Source: Polyangiaceae bacterium
Lineage (GTDB): Bacteria; Myxococcota_A; Polyangia; Polyangiales; Polyangiaceae
DNA length: 64,000 bases
Direction of reading: 5' to 3'
Assembly (NCBI GenBank): GCA_965222375.1
Contig: CBDCTZ010000014.1
Span: 896,001-960,000 of the forward strand
In this document: positions 49,246 through 58,072 of the stretch, one piece after another
Position numbering within the stretch: position 1 is the first letter of the stretch
Layout: each line of letters opens with the position of its first letter
Notes under the pieces: generated by a model
Seen by the model: the letters and a program-made list of their open reading frames with translations, nothing else
Told to the model about the DNA's origin: nothing
The model's database searches: none
Made by a program: the position numbers and the translations under genes

Positions 49246-49448
49246 GGCTGTCCAGAGGCGGTGAGCGCGTTACTCTCGCTCCAGGCGTCCAGCGAAAGCT
49301 GGCCACGACCTTGTCACGGCGATTGCGCCCCGCCAACGGACCTCCACCTATGCGCCATTGCGAGCGCGAATAGTCGATTCAGACAGCCCGTTCTTGGTTT
49401 CCTCGTCTTCCGACAAGCCACGACCGCGAATAGTCGATTCAGACAGCC
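49246..49448 (+). ncRNA. Predicted bridge/seek RNA of the IS110 element
   Basis: Nested stems with a GAAA-capped hairpin. Internal-loop strands TACTCTCG and CACGGCGA match the target; ATAGTCGAT matches the circle junction. Boundaries approximate. Confidence 0.7.
49361..49448 (+). repeat. 28-bp direct repeat, two copies, 32-bp spacer
   Basis: CGA[G/C]CGCGAATAGTCGATTCAGACAGCC at 49361-88 and 49421-48. Confidence 0.9.
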
Positions 49449-49662
49449 TGAGCTGGACTTTCTCCCCAACCAACGCGCTGCCGACGAAGAACTCCCCTCT
49501 ACCTCAGGGCGACGGACCACTTTGTTCTGGACGGACAGGCCACCCCATAGTCGAGAGTAGTGCCCATCGCCGACCCAGCGATGCACCCCTTCGGGTATTG
49601 CCCCTTCGGGCATCGCGAAGCGCGTCACAAGCGCGTCGCTCGACCAAAAAAAAACACAAATC

Positions 49663-49691
49663 AGACTTATATGCATGGTGCATATAAGTCT
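49663..49691. repeat. Perfect AT-rich palindrome AGACTTATATGCA-TGG-TGCATATAAGTCT
   Basis: 13-bp arms with a 3-nt loop; an adjacent A9 run means it could terminate the minus-strand gene. Confidence 0.8.
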
Positions 49692-49729
49692 CCGAACGGC
49701 GTTGCTGCTACGCGTCGCGCTCGCTTTGG

Positions 49730-51190
49730 CTACGGCGGGTTGACGCAATCCAGGCGGAGCAATTCGATTTCGCGTGGCAGTCCCACCGTTGGCCAAGCGA
49801 TGACGAGGCTGTCGTTGTCGGGAGACGCGATGATGGTGGGGATGCCCGAGAATTTGGGGGCGAAGGCGTAGCTGGTCTCGAGGCCGATGGCTTCGTTGAC
49901 GAGGCTGAGCACCATGTTGGGAGCGGCGCCTGGTGAATCGTTGACCCAGACCGCAGCCACGCCGCTTCCGAAGGCGGTAGCGTCCATGTCGAAGGGCACG
50001 GCGGTGGGGCCGCTGATGATGCCCGGGCCGACCGTGCCAGCTTTCGCGACGTCGCGGCGCATGACCCGAACGGGACCCAGACCCGTTTGGGTCACGCCGC
50101 GCCAGACCACGTACATGCCATCGGGATGGGCGGCGGCGCTCAATGCGGCGATGCGCTCTTCGGTGCTGATGCCGCCGGCGAAGCTCACCTGGGCGTTCTG
50201 GTCGACAAAGAAGATCCGGATTTGGGTCGGTGGGCCGTAGCTGCCGGGGTCGCCGCAGCCGACTTGGGGCGTCTTCGTACCGGAAGACGCCGCGACGAGC
50301 CAACCGTCTTTGTAGGGCACGGCGTCGGCCTTGATGCTTTGAGTGGCGCAGGTGAGCAACTTTGAAGTGGTGTTGATCACACCACCGGAGGTGTGCACGA
50401 CGTCGGCGAATAGATGACCACTGGGCAAGAACGAGCCGACCAGGTGATGCCCCGGGGGACCGCGCGTCACGAACTTGGAAAGGGGACCCGATAGGGGCGC
50501 TTGCGAGGTTGAGCCGGGACCACCGCCTTGGGGGTCGACACGCGGACGGATCCAACCTTTATTCTGCAGGCTGGCCGTAGCCGCGAACCTGCCGCCAAAG
50601 CCGCGCCCGACTTCGAGCACTTGCTGCACCGTGGATCCGCCAAAGCTGGTGTGGGGAGCGGAGAAGATCCCATTCTGCGGCCAGTTCTGCCAAGGCCGGA
50701 ACGCGCCGTGTTGCACCTCAGCGAAGGGGCCCGGGCTTTCGATGGGGCGGCGCAGGAAAGCCAACGTCACTCGCTTTCCGTTGTTGTTCGACGCGACCAG
50801 GGATGGCAGCAGCTTGTCGTAGAAGGGGCTCTGGGTGCGCAGCAAGGGAGACACTTGCAGCAATGATGAGCAGTTCAAGCTGCCGCCGGTGCCACCACTT
50901 CCTCCGCTGCCTCCGCTGGCGCCCGTGCCGCTCGTAGCTGCAGTTCCGCCAACTCCGCCGCTTGCTCCGCCAGAAGCGCCAATTCCGCCACTGCCGCCAA
51001 TTCCGCCGCCCGCTCCGCCGCCTGCTCCGCCAGAGGCACCGCTGCCAGCTGTCGCCGCGCCGCCACCAACGCCGCTGTTGCCGCCATTGCCGGATGCGCT
51101 TTCGTCGCTCCCGAGCAGCGCGGAGCGCGAACCACAGGCGGCGCTGAGCGCCACTGCGGCAACGAGCCCGCCCCCGCGCGCGCGCTTCAA
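49730..51190 (-). CDS. Hypothetical lipoprotein (start uncertain)
   Basis: LSAACGSRS lipobox, long Gly linker and a beta-rich domain. Confidence 0.7.
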   Translation of the reverse strand: MKRARGGGLVAAVALSAACGSRSALLGSDESASGNGGNSGVGGGAATAGSGASGGAGGGAGGGIGGSGGIGASGGASGGVGGTAATSGTGASGGSGGSGGTGGSLNCSSLLQVSPLLRTQSPFYDKLLPSLVASNNNGKRVTLAFLRRPIESPGPFAEVQHGAFRPWQNWPQNGIFSAPHTSFGGSTVQQVLEVGRGFGGRFAATASLQNKGWIRPRVDPQGGGPGSTSQAPLSGPLSKFVTRGPPGHHLVGSFLPSGHLFADVVHTSGGVINTTSKLLTCATQSIKADAVPYKDGWLVAASSGTKTPQVGCGDPGSYGPPTQIRIFFVDQNAQVSFAGGISTEERIAALSAAAHPDGMYVVWRGVTQTGLGPVRVMRRDVAKAGTVGPGIISGPTAVPFDMDATAFGSGVAAVWVNDSPGAAPNMVLSLVNEAIGLETSYAFAPKFSGIPTIIASPDNDSLVIAWPTVGLPREIELLRLDCVNPP

Positions 51191-51198
51191 GACGGCAG

Positions 51199-51738
51199 CT
51201 ACAACGTGCAGACGCCGATGCCGGGTATCAGTTGCAGGCATTTGTATCCCTCGGCGACGCGACAGTCCTCGTTCTTGGAACACGGCGGCGCGCACATGGT
51301 CAAGCTGACGCTACCTTGGCCACCGCTGACGGAACTCGTGGAGCAGCCTGCTTCCGGGCCGCACTCGTCGGGTCCGCCGTCTTTGCCGCAGGCCTTGGAG
51401 CAGAAGCCGCCGGGGAAGGTGATCTCAGGAGCGAAGCCGCCGCCAATGGTCGTCCAACACTCGGCGTCTGCGGGAACTTTGCAGTCGTCGTTGGTGGTGC
51501 AGGCATCGCCGATCTGTCCGCCGCCGGTCGTGCCCGCACCGCTGCCGCCGGAACTCGCACCACCGGAACCCGTGCCCGCACCCGTTCCACCGCTGGAAGA
51601 CGCGCCGGTACCGCTACCTCCGGTGCCTTGTCCGCCGCCACCTTCGGATGCGCTGCACGCGACCGTGGCAAAGACAACCGCCGATACTCCCAACACTGCC
51701 CACCGCACCGTGGCGGGCAGTGTGCCATAGAAGTGCAC
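51199..51738 (-). CDS. Cys-rich lipoprotein
   Basis: TVAC lipobox; IGDACTTNDDC..PGGFCSKAC..C...C...DCR..EGY.C. Confidence 0.75.
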   Translation of the reverse strand: MHFYGTLPATVRWAVLGVSAVVFATVACSASEGGGGQGTGGSGTGASSSGGTGAGTGSGGASSGGSGAGTTGGGQIGDACTTNDDCKVPADAECWTTIGGGFAPEITFPGGFCSKACGKDGGPDECGPEAGCSTSSVSGGQGSVSLTMCAPPCSKNEDCRVAEGYKCLQLIPGIGVCTL

Positions 51739-51807
51739 CGATTCAAGCGAATCGATACACTTCTATCCTGTTCGTCGGGAGCACAGCTCCCGCCCCGCTC
51801 ACGAAAC

Positions 51808-53028
51808 CTAGCTGGCTGTGGCGGCGGATAGCACGCTGTGGTGAAAGCCCAGGCGTGGGTCGTCTAGGGGGCCGAGGCGTTTGGGGAAAAACTCCCGCGC
51901 GGAGGGGAAGGGCACCGCTTTGCGCAGGCTGAGGCTGGGGTAGTCGTAGACCAGCACTTGGTTCAGGCCGCGATGGGCGCTGAGCAGGAACTTGCCACAG
52001 GACGAGATGGCCAAGCCGTAGCTGCCGTCGAGGGCGCTGCCTCGGGCGATGCGAATCGCCTTGAAGAAGTTGTGGGTGTGGTCGAGCACGTTGGCGCGGC
52101 TCAGGGCCTCGACCAGGTTGGCGATGCCCGCGCGCGCGTTCTTGACGGCGTTCCAGCCCACGACGCGTTCGTCGATGTAGCGCACGCGGTCGAAGGTGTC
52201 CAAGTCGACCATGGCAATCGCGCTGGACGCGCAGGCGTTGTAAAGCACGCGATCTCGGGTGACGATCACATCGCTGGTCAGCGAGCCGGGCATGTCCTTG
52301 GGAATGGCAACATGTCGCAGCACTTCGGCGCGCTCGCCGTCGATCTCGAACAAGTAGTTCTTGAAGTGCGCGATGGTGTACTCCGCGAACTCCATATTGC
52401 CCTGTGCGGTGCAGCGCTGTGTCGGCGCATAGAACACGTCCTTTTCTGGATGCACGCCCAGGTGCCACACCGTCGCAGGTAGCTTGACGATGCGCGCCTT
52501 CTTGGTTTCCAGGTCGAAGATCCCAACCTGGTTGGCGTAACCGTGGGCGTCGTGATCCATCGCGCCGTAGAAAAGGTAGCGCCCCGAGGGCGAGCGCTTG
52601 ATGGCATGAGGCAGCGTCACGCCATGAGCGCCGAGGTGCTCCGGTTCGGACAGATCCGACATGTGGAAACGCCAGAAGCTCGAGCCCAACACGGTGACGA
52701 AGCTTTCGTCATCCAGCCACACCACGTGAGTTTGGCTCGAGTAGGCGACATCCGGTGCGGCCCAGCGCAAAGTGGAAACGCGTTTGACCTCTTCGAGGGT
52801 GCGCGGATCGTAGAACAGCAGCATCTGCGACAGATTGCCCAGGTAGCCCAAGGTGCCGGATGGGTTGATCTGGGTGGCGTGGCCGCCGGAAAGGCCGGTG
52901 AAGAAGCGCACCTGGACGTCGTAGTCGTCTTGGGCCGGAGCGGCGCGCAGGCGGGCGATCCCCGCGAGGCCTTCGAAGCCGTTGAGACCGAAACCATCCA
53001 GCGCGATGAACAGATCGAAGCGTTCCAT
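51808..53028 (-). CDS. Hypothetical cytoplasmic beta-propeller protein
   Basis: Blade-like motifs (HAIKRSPSGRYLF, YGLAISSCGKFLL); no signal peptide. Confidence 0.7.
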   Translation of the reverse strand: MERFDLFIALDGFGLNGFEGLAGIARLRAAPAQDDYDVQVRFFTGLSGGHATQINPSGTLGYLGNLSQMLLFYDPRTLEEVKRVSTLRWAAPDVAYSSQTHVVWLDDESFVTVLGSSFWRFHMSDLSEPEHLGAHGVTLPHAIKRSPSGRYLFYGAMDHDAHGYANQVGIFDLETKKARIVKLPATVWHLGVHPEKDVFYAPTQRCTAQGNMEFAEYTIAHFKNYLFEIDGERAEVLRHVAIPKDMPGSLTSDVIVTRDRVLYNACASSAIAMVDLDTFDRVRYIDERVVGWNAVKNARAGIANLVEALSRANVLDHTHNFFKAIRIARGSALDGSYGLAISSCGKFLLSAHRGLNQVLVYDYPSLSLRKAVPFPSAREFFPKRLGPLDDPRLGFHHSVLSAATAS

Positions 53029-53157
53029 GTCGCGCTTTGTAACGCCGTGCCGCGGCGCCGACTTTCGCCAGGGCGCCGAACGCTTGTGAATGGGCGCCGT
53101 GGCGTCGATGTTGGGCCGTGGGCGACGCCGCTAACAACGCTCTTGCCGATGGATTGC

Positions 53158-54237
53158 TCAGAGTTTCTCCCCGTCGCGGTAGACTTCCGACGGCGTGGCT
53201 AGGGTGGTTGGGTCTTGCAAGGGGTTTCGCTCCAAAATCAGCAGGCTCGCCCGCTTGCCTGGTCGCAGCGAACCGAGCTCGTCGAAGCCGAAGAACTCCG
53301 CTGGAGCTCGCGTTGCGCTGGCCAAGATCTCGCTGCCCGACAGGCCGGCGTTGGCCAGCGCCTCGATTTCGCGTCGGCTGATGCCCAGCTGCGACGTATT
53401 GCCGAAGTCCGTGCCGTAGAGGACCGTCGCGCCCTGGGCTCTGAGCGCCTGCAAGTTGTTCTGCGCCGTCGGGCCGCCGAAGGCAGAAAGGGTGCTGACC
53501 ACTGCACGGCCTTGCCAAGCTTTGATCGTCGCGGGGGACAGAGATTCGACGGGAGTGTGGGCCAGAGCATCCACGCCGGCGCGAGCCGCGCGCGCCACAT
53601 CATCGCCACCTAGCGCGTGGGCCACGACGGGCACCTTGGCTGCGTGGGCCTGCTTCACGATGGCGTCCAAACTCGCGTCGTCTAGGGCGGGCGCCTCGGT
53701 CAGAGGCACCTTGATCACGCGGGCGCCCTCCCCGAGCAGGGAAGTGACTGCGGCCTTGGCTGTCTCGGGTGTCGATACTTCGAAGCCGTAGCCGTCGCGT
53801 CCCCAACTCTGCGTCGGGTAGCCTCCCGCCGCCGTGATCATCGGCCCGGCGGCAACGACCTCCAGAGGCAAGGCGGCGAGCTCCGCCAAGAAACTGCGTG
53901 GCGCCGACAGATCTACGGCGCCGAGCACTCCGCCACGCGCTAACTCCTCGGCTCGTGGCAAGTACGCCAGGTGCACGTGACTGTCGATGACCGCGGCGGC
54001 GACGAACTTGCCGCTGATGTTCACTCTCGGAGCGGCATCGCTCACGCTGCCCATCGCGACGATGCGTCCTGCGCGAACTTCGATGTCCATTCGCTCGGCT
54101 CGCCCACTTTGCACCACGCTCCCACCCGCCAGCACGAAGTGTCCCTCTGCTGTGGGAGCGGGTTGGCTGCTTCTTTCCGTGTGGGGATCGGCGCGGCACG
54201 CAGAGAAGATCAGGGCTGCGCACAGGATCTGTCGCAT
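53158..54237 (-). CDS. Amidohydrolase family lipoprotein
   Basis: IDSHVH, IKV, VAHA, LAH, YGTD and GSLRPGKRA. Confidence 0.88.
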   Translation of the reverse strand: MRQILCAALIFSACRADPHTERSSQPAPTAEGHFVLAGGSVVQSGRAERMDIEVRAGRIVAMGSVSDAAPRVNISGKFVAAAVIDSHVHLAYLPRAEELARGGVLGAVDLSAPRSFLAELAALPLEVVAAGPMITAAGGYPTQSWGRDGYGFEVSTPETAKAAVTSLLGEGARVIKVPLTEAPALDDASLDAIVKQAHAAKVPVVAHALGGDDVARAARAGVDALAHTPVESLSPATIKAWQGRAVVSTLSAFGGPTAQNNLQALRAQGATVLYGTDFGNTSQLGISRREIEALANAGLSGSEILASATRAPAEFFGFDELGSLRPGKRASLLILERNPLQDPTTLATPSEVYRDGEKL

Positions 54238-54278
54238 GACCGATCTACGAATCGGCTCTGCGAACTGATCGGACGGGT

Positions 54279-55100
54279 TCAAGCTTTATGCTTCGCCCGC
54301 CAGGCGCTGGGCGCCTGCCCCACTTTCTTTCGAAAAAGTGCGCTGAAGTGCTGCAGGGAGGCGCACCCCACGTCTAGGGCGATGCGGGTCAAGGGCGCCG
54401 CGCTATCCAACATCAGGCGCTGAGCCACCCGGATCCGGGTCGCGCTGAGCGCGTCCACGAAGGTGGTGCCCGCTTCACTCAAGCGGCGCTGTAGCGTGCG
54501 CTCGGACAGCCCGAGGGTCTTGGACGCATCCGCAACGCTCGCCTTTGCCAAGTTGGATTCCAAGTACCCCTCGAGCTCACGCACGATGGCTGGCTTGCCG
54601 AGTCCAAGCTCGTGGAGTTCGCCAATGGTGCGAGCGATCTGTTCTGCGTCGAGCTCCAGCCCTTCTAGCGCCCATTGAACCGCGGAGCCGCGATCTTCAA
54701 AAACTTGCACCGGATAGGGGCGTGGCATGACCTCGAAAAAGCCGGCCACGAGGGCTCCCTCCATGCCGCTGGGTCGAACCAATGCCAGCCGGAGGACCTG
54801 AGCCGCGAGCTGCTCGAAGTTGGCGCGCACGTAGGCGTCCAAGGCCTCGAAGGCGCCCACGTCGGCGCCCTCGAGGCAGCTGGTATCGACGATGGACACA
54901 TGGGGCACCGCCGGGCGGTCCAGCTCGATGACCAGGCTGCGGCCGAGGGCCAGGGCGACATCGAGATTCGGTCGACCCCAGAGCAGCACGCCCCAGAGCT
55001 CGGGCGCCGCGCAGAAGTGCAGGTACGAGTCGCCCGTGACATATCGGCCCACGGGGCTTTCGGACATCTCTTTCACCGTCGCGGGCTGCATGCGCACCAC
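54279..55100 (-). CDS. AraC family transcriptional regulator
   Basis: GLSERTLQRRL..IALDVG..HFSALFRK..G..PS. Confidence 0.92.
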   Translation of the reverse strand: MVRMQPATVKEMSESPVGRYVTGDSYLHFCAAPELWGVLLWGRPNLDVALALGRSLVIELDRPAVPHVSIVDTSCLEGADVGAFEALDAYVRANFEQLAAQVLRLALVRPSGMEGALVAGFFEVMPRPYPVQVFEDRGSAVQWALEGLELDAEQIARTIGELHELGLGKPAIVRELEGYLESNLAKASVADASKTLGLSERTLQRRLSEAGTTFVDALSATRIRVAQRLMLDSAAPLTRIALDVGCASLQHFSALFRKKVGQAPSAWRAKHKA

Positions 55101-55148
55101 CGAAGCGGACGGAGGCTTGCCGTCGCGCCCAAGGAAAATAGCACGACG

Positions 55149-57068
55149 TTACGCAGGACTGAGCTCGGAAAGCTCGGTCTCCAGGCGCTCCCACTCTCGC
55201 GTCAGCTTTTCCTGATCGCGAACGAGTCGCGCCTTTTCTCGTTCCAGCTCTGCGATCCGATCATTTGGTGTCTTCACGTAGAACTCTGGGTCTCCGTAGA
55301 GTTCATCGATTTCCCCGATGCGGGTTTCGACCGTCGTGATCTTTTCCAGCACCGAGTCGCGCTGCTTGGGCAGCGCTCGCAGGCGTTTTTCACGCTCTTT
55401 CGCCTCGGCTCGGGTGTCGGTGTTCTTTTTCCCTTTGGCCCGCTTGTCACGCTTGGCCCGGAGCTCGACCTGGTCTGCGTCCAGGTGGTCGTCGCCTTGG
55501 CGCTCGAGATATTCGCCGTAGTTGCCGGCGAAGTCGTTCAAGCCATCGCGCTTCACTTCGATGATTCGGGTCGCCAGGCGCGAAACGAACCAGCGATCGT
55601 GGGATACGAAGATCAGGGTGCCTTCATAGCTTTCTAGTGCTTCCACCAGGGCCTCGATGGACTCCAAGTCCAAGTGGTTGGTGGGCTCGTCCAACACCAA
55701 GACATTGGGCTTTTGCACCATCAGTCGACTCATCACTAGACGGGTCGACTCCCCACCACTCAAGGACGAGATCTTCTTTTCCACTTCGTCGCGGCTGAAC
55801 AGCAGGCGTCCGAGGACGCCGCGAACGAAACTCGTGCCTTCCTGCGGGCAGATTTCCCAAAGATAGTCGAGGGCGGTCTGCTTCGGCTTGGTCAGCTGGT
55901 CTTTGTGATCCTGAGCAAAGTAGCCGACGTGGGTTTCGTGCCCCCAATTCACTTCGCCAGAGTCCTGGCTCAGGTTGTCCGTCAGGATCTTGAGCAGGGT
56001 GGACTTGCCCAAGCCGTTGGCGCCGATGACCGCCACGCGCTCGCCTCGGCGGATCGTGAACTCGGTGTCTCGCAGCACGACGTTGTCGCCATAGGATTTG
56101 CCCAGCGCTTTGACTTCGAGCACGTCCTTGCCACTCGGGCGCGTAGTCTGAAAGCGAAATTTTGGGTAGCGCCTAGATGATGGCGCCAGCTTCTCGACCT
56201 CGATCTTCTCGATCTGTTTGACCCGACTTTGGGCTTGTCGCGCCTTGGTCGCCTTGGCCTTGAAGCGCTCCACGAAGGCCTTCTTCTCGGCGATGGTCTT
56301 TTCTGCTCGGGCGATTTCGGTCTCTTTGCGCTCCCGGGTCAACACCTTCTGCTCCATGAACGCGCTGTAGTTGCCCGGATATTGCACGACCGTGCCGTAG
56401 TCCACGTCCAGGATGTGGGTGGCGATGTTGTCGAGGAAGCGTTGATCGTGGCTGATGATCACGGCGCAGCCCTTGAACCCCACCAGGAATTTTTCGAGCC
56501 AGCGAATACTCAGGATGTCCAAGTGGTTCGTGGGTTCGTCGAGAAACAGCGCGTCGGGGCGACTCACGAGAGTCTGCGCCAGCAGCACGCGCAGCTTGTA
56601 ACCGCCGCTGAGGGTTCGGAGCGGTGATCGCAATTGGCCTTCTTCCAGGCCGAGCCCCACCAGAACCTGCGCGGCGCGGGATTCCAGGGTGTAGCCGTCA
56701 TGGGCGCGCAGGATCTCGTCGATCTCGCCGATGCGGTGTGGATCCGGGTCTGGATCTTCGGCCAGCGCGTCCTGCTCCCGCAGGGCTCGAAACACCTGCT
56801 CGTCGCCCATCATGGCCACGTCCAAGATGATCTGGTCGTCGCTTTCGAAGCGGTCCTGGCGCAAAACGCCCATGCGGGCGTTCTTGGGGAATGTGATTTC
56901 GCCGCCACTGCTCGGTTCGTCCCCGGTCAGGAGCTTCAGGAAGGTGGTTTTTCCCGATCCATTGGCCCCCACCAAGCCGTAGCGGCTGCCGGCATTGAGC
57001 TGCAGCGTCACGTCCTCGAATAGGGACTGAGGCCCGAAGGCCTTGGACAGGTTGGAAATCCCGATCAC
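55149..57068 (-). CDS. ABC-F family ATPase
   Basis: Two ABC domains (GANGSGKT, GANGLGKS, LDEPTNHLD twice), no TM segments, C-terminal coiled coil. Confidence 0.95.
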   Translation of the reverse strand: MIGISNLSKAFGPQSLFEDVTLQLNAGSRYGLVGANGSGKTTFLKLLTGDEPSSGGEITFPKNARMGVLRQDRFESDDQIILDVAMMGDEQVFRALREQDALAEDPDPDPHRIGEIDEILRAHDGYTLESRAAQVLVGLGLEEGQLRSPLRTLSGGYKLRVLLAQTLVSRPDALFLDEPTNHLDILSIRWLEKFLVGFKGCAVIISHDQRFLDNIATHILDVDYGTVVQYPGNYSAFMEQKVLTRERKETEIARAEKTIAEKKAFVERFKAKATKARQAQSRVKQIEKIEVEKLAPSSRRYPKFRFQTTRPSGKDVLEVKALGKSYGDNVVLRDTEFTIRRGERVAVIGANGLGKSTLLKILTDNLSQDSGEVNWGHETHVGYFAQDHKDQLTKPKQTALDYLWEICPQEGTSFVRGVLGRLLFSRDEVEKKISSLSGGESTRLVMSRLMVQKPNVLVLDEPTNHLDLESIEALVEALESYEGTLIFVSHDRWFVSRLATRIIEVKRDGLNDFAGNYGEYLERQGDDHLDADQVELRAKRDKRAKGKKNTDTRAEAKEREKRLRALPKQRDSVLEKITTVETRIGEIDELYGDPEFYVKTPNDRIAELEREKARLVRDQEKLTREWERLETELSELSPA

Positions 57069-57208
57069 CGCGCCGACCTATCACAAAACCGGGGTGGTGA
57101 CGCGCGCACACAAGCGAATGGCGCGGTGAAAAAAGCCCAGCCTCGGGGCCGCGCTTAGGGTCAGCCTGTCGCGGCCGCCAAAAGCCGCACAAAAAAGGGA
57201 GAGCCGCC

Positions 57209-58072
57209 TTGCCCACACTCAGCTTTCGTTCTTTGCCGACCTGGCGTCGGGTTGCGCTGGCTTCCTGGCGCGCGGCGGACGACCCGACCATCTACGGCTG
57301 GTTGGATGTCGACGCCACGAACCTCCTCGACTTCGTGCGCCGAGCGCGGGACGAAACTAGACTGGCGGTGACTCTGACCCACGTCGTCGGCAAGGCTGCG
57401 GCCACGGCCCTTGCGGAAGTGCCGGACTGCAACGCGGCGGTCACCCGACGCGGGCTGATGCGTCGCGACGGTGTGGACGTGTTCTTTTCGGTTGCGCTTG
57501 GCGACGGCAAGAACCTGGCCGGAGCAAAGCTGGAAAATGTCCAACGCATGAACGTGAGCCAGATTGCTCAGGAGCTTTCGCAGCGCGTCGACGACATTCG
57601 CGTCAAGAAGGACAGTCCGATCCAGCGCTCTCAGTCCGTGCTGCGTAGAATTCCGCAACGAGCGCTGCGGCGGGTCATGCATGCCTCCACTTCGCTTTCC
57701 TTCGACTACGGGCTCAACCTCGAAGGCGTCGGTATCGTTCGGGATCCCTTTGGGTCTGTGGTCGTCACAAATGTGGGCGTATTAGGCGTGGAACAAGGCT
57801 TTGCGCCACTGATCCCGGCTGGGCGAACGGCCGCAGTGCTCACCCTCGGCGAGGTCCGGGACAAAGTCATCGCCGTCAATGGAGAGCCAGTGGTTCGGCC
57901 CGTTCTGACGATCGGCGGCACCTTCGACCATCGCGTGGTCGACGGCGCGCACCTCGGCAAGATCTCGGCCATCTTGCGGCGCGTGCTGTCGGATCCGGCG
58001 CGCCAATTCGACACGGATCCAAAAGGCGGCATGGCTCCGTCACGGACACAATCGCAAATGCGGGTCTCATGA
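57209..58072 (+). CDS. 2-oxoacid dehydrogenase E2 catalytic-domain-only protein
   Basis: FGSVVVTNVG and TFDHRVVDG; no lipoyl domain. Confidence 0.85.
   Translation: MPTLSFRSLPTWRRVALASWRAADDPTIYGWLDVDATNLLDFVRRARDETRLAVTLTHVVGKAAATALAEVPDCNAAVTRRGLMRRDGVDVFFSVALGDGKNLAGAKLENVQRMNVSQIAQELSQRVDDIRVKKDSPIQRSQSVLRRIPQRALRRVMHASTSLSFDYGLNLEGVGIVRDPFGSVVVTNVGVLGVEQGFAPLIPAGRTAAVLTLGEVRDKVIAVNGEPVVRPVLTIGGTFDHRVVDGAHLGKISAILRRVLSDPARQFDTDPKGGMAPSRTQSQMRVS

Larger units (their letters stand above)
47938..49554 (+). mobile_element. Complete IS110-family (IS1111-type) insertion sequence
   Basis: Sub-terminal IR ATGGGGTGGC (47942-51) and GCCACCCCAT (49539-48), each 4 nt from a GA dinucleotide (47936-37 and 49553-54); long 3' non-coding region. 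Confidence 0.8.

Noticed and set aside
49361..49448. CRISPR array (28-bp repeat, 32-bp spacer)
   Set aside because: Only two repeats, no cas genes, and it lies inside the IS 3' end with a match to the donor junction.
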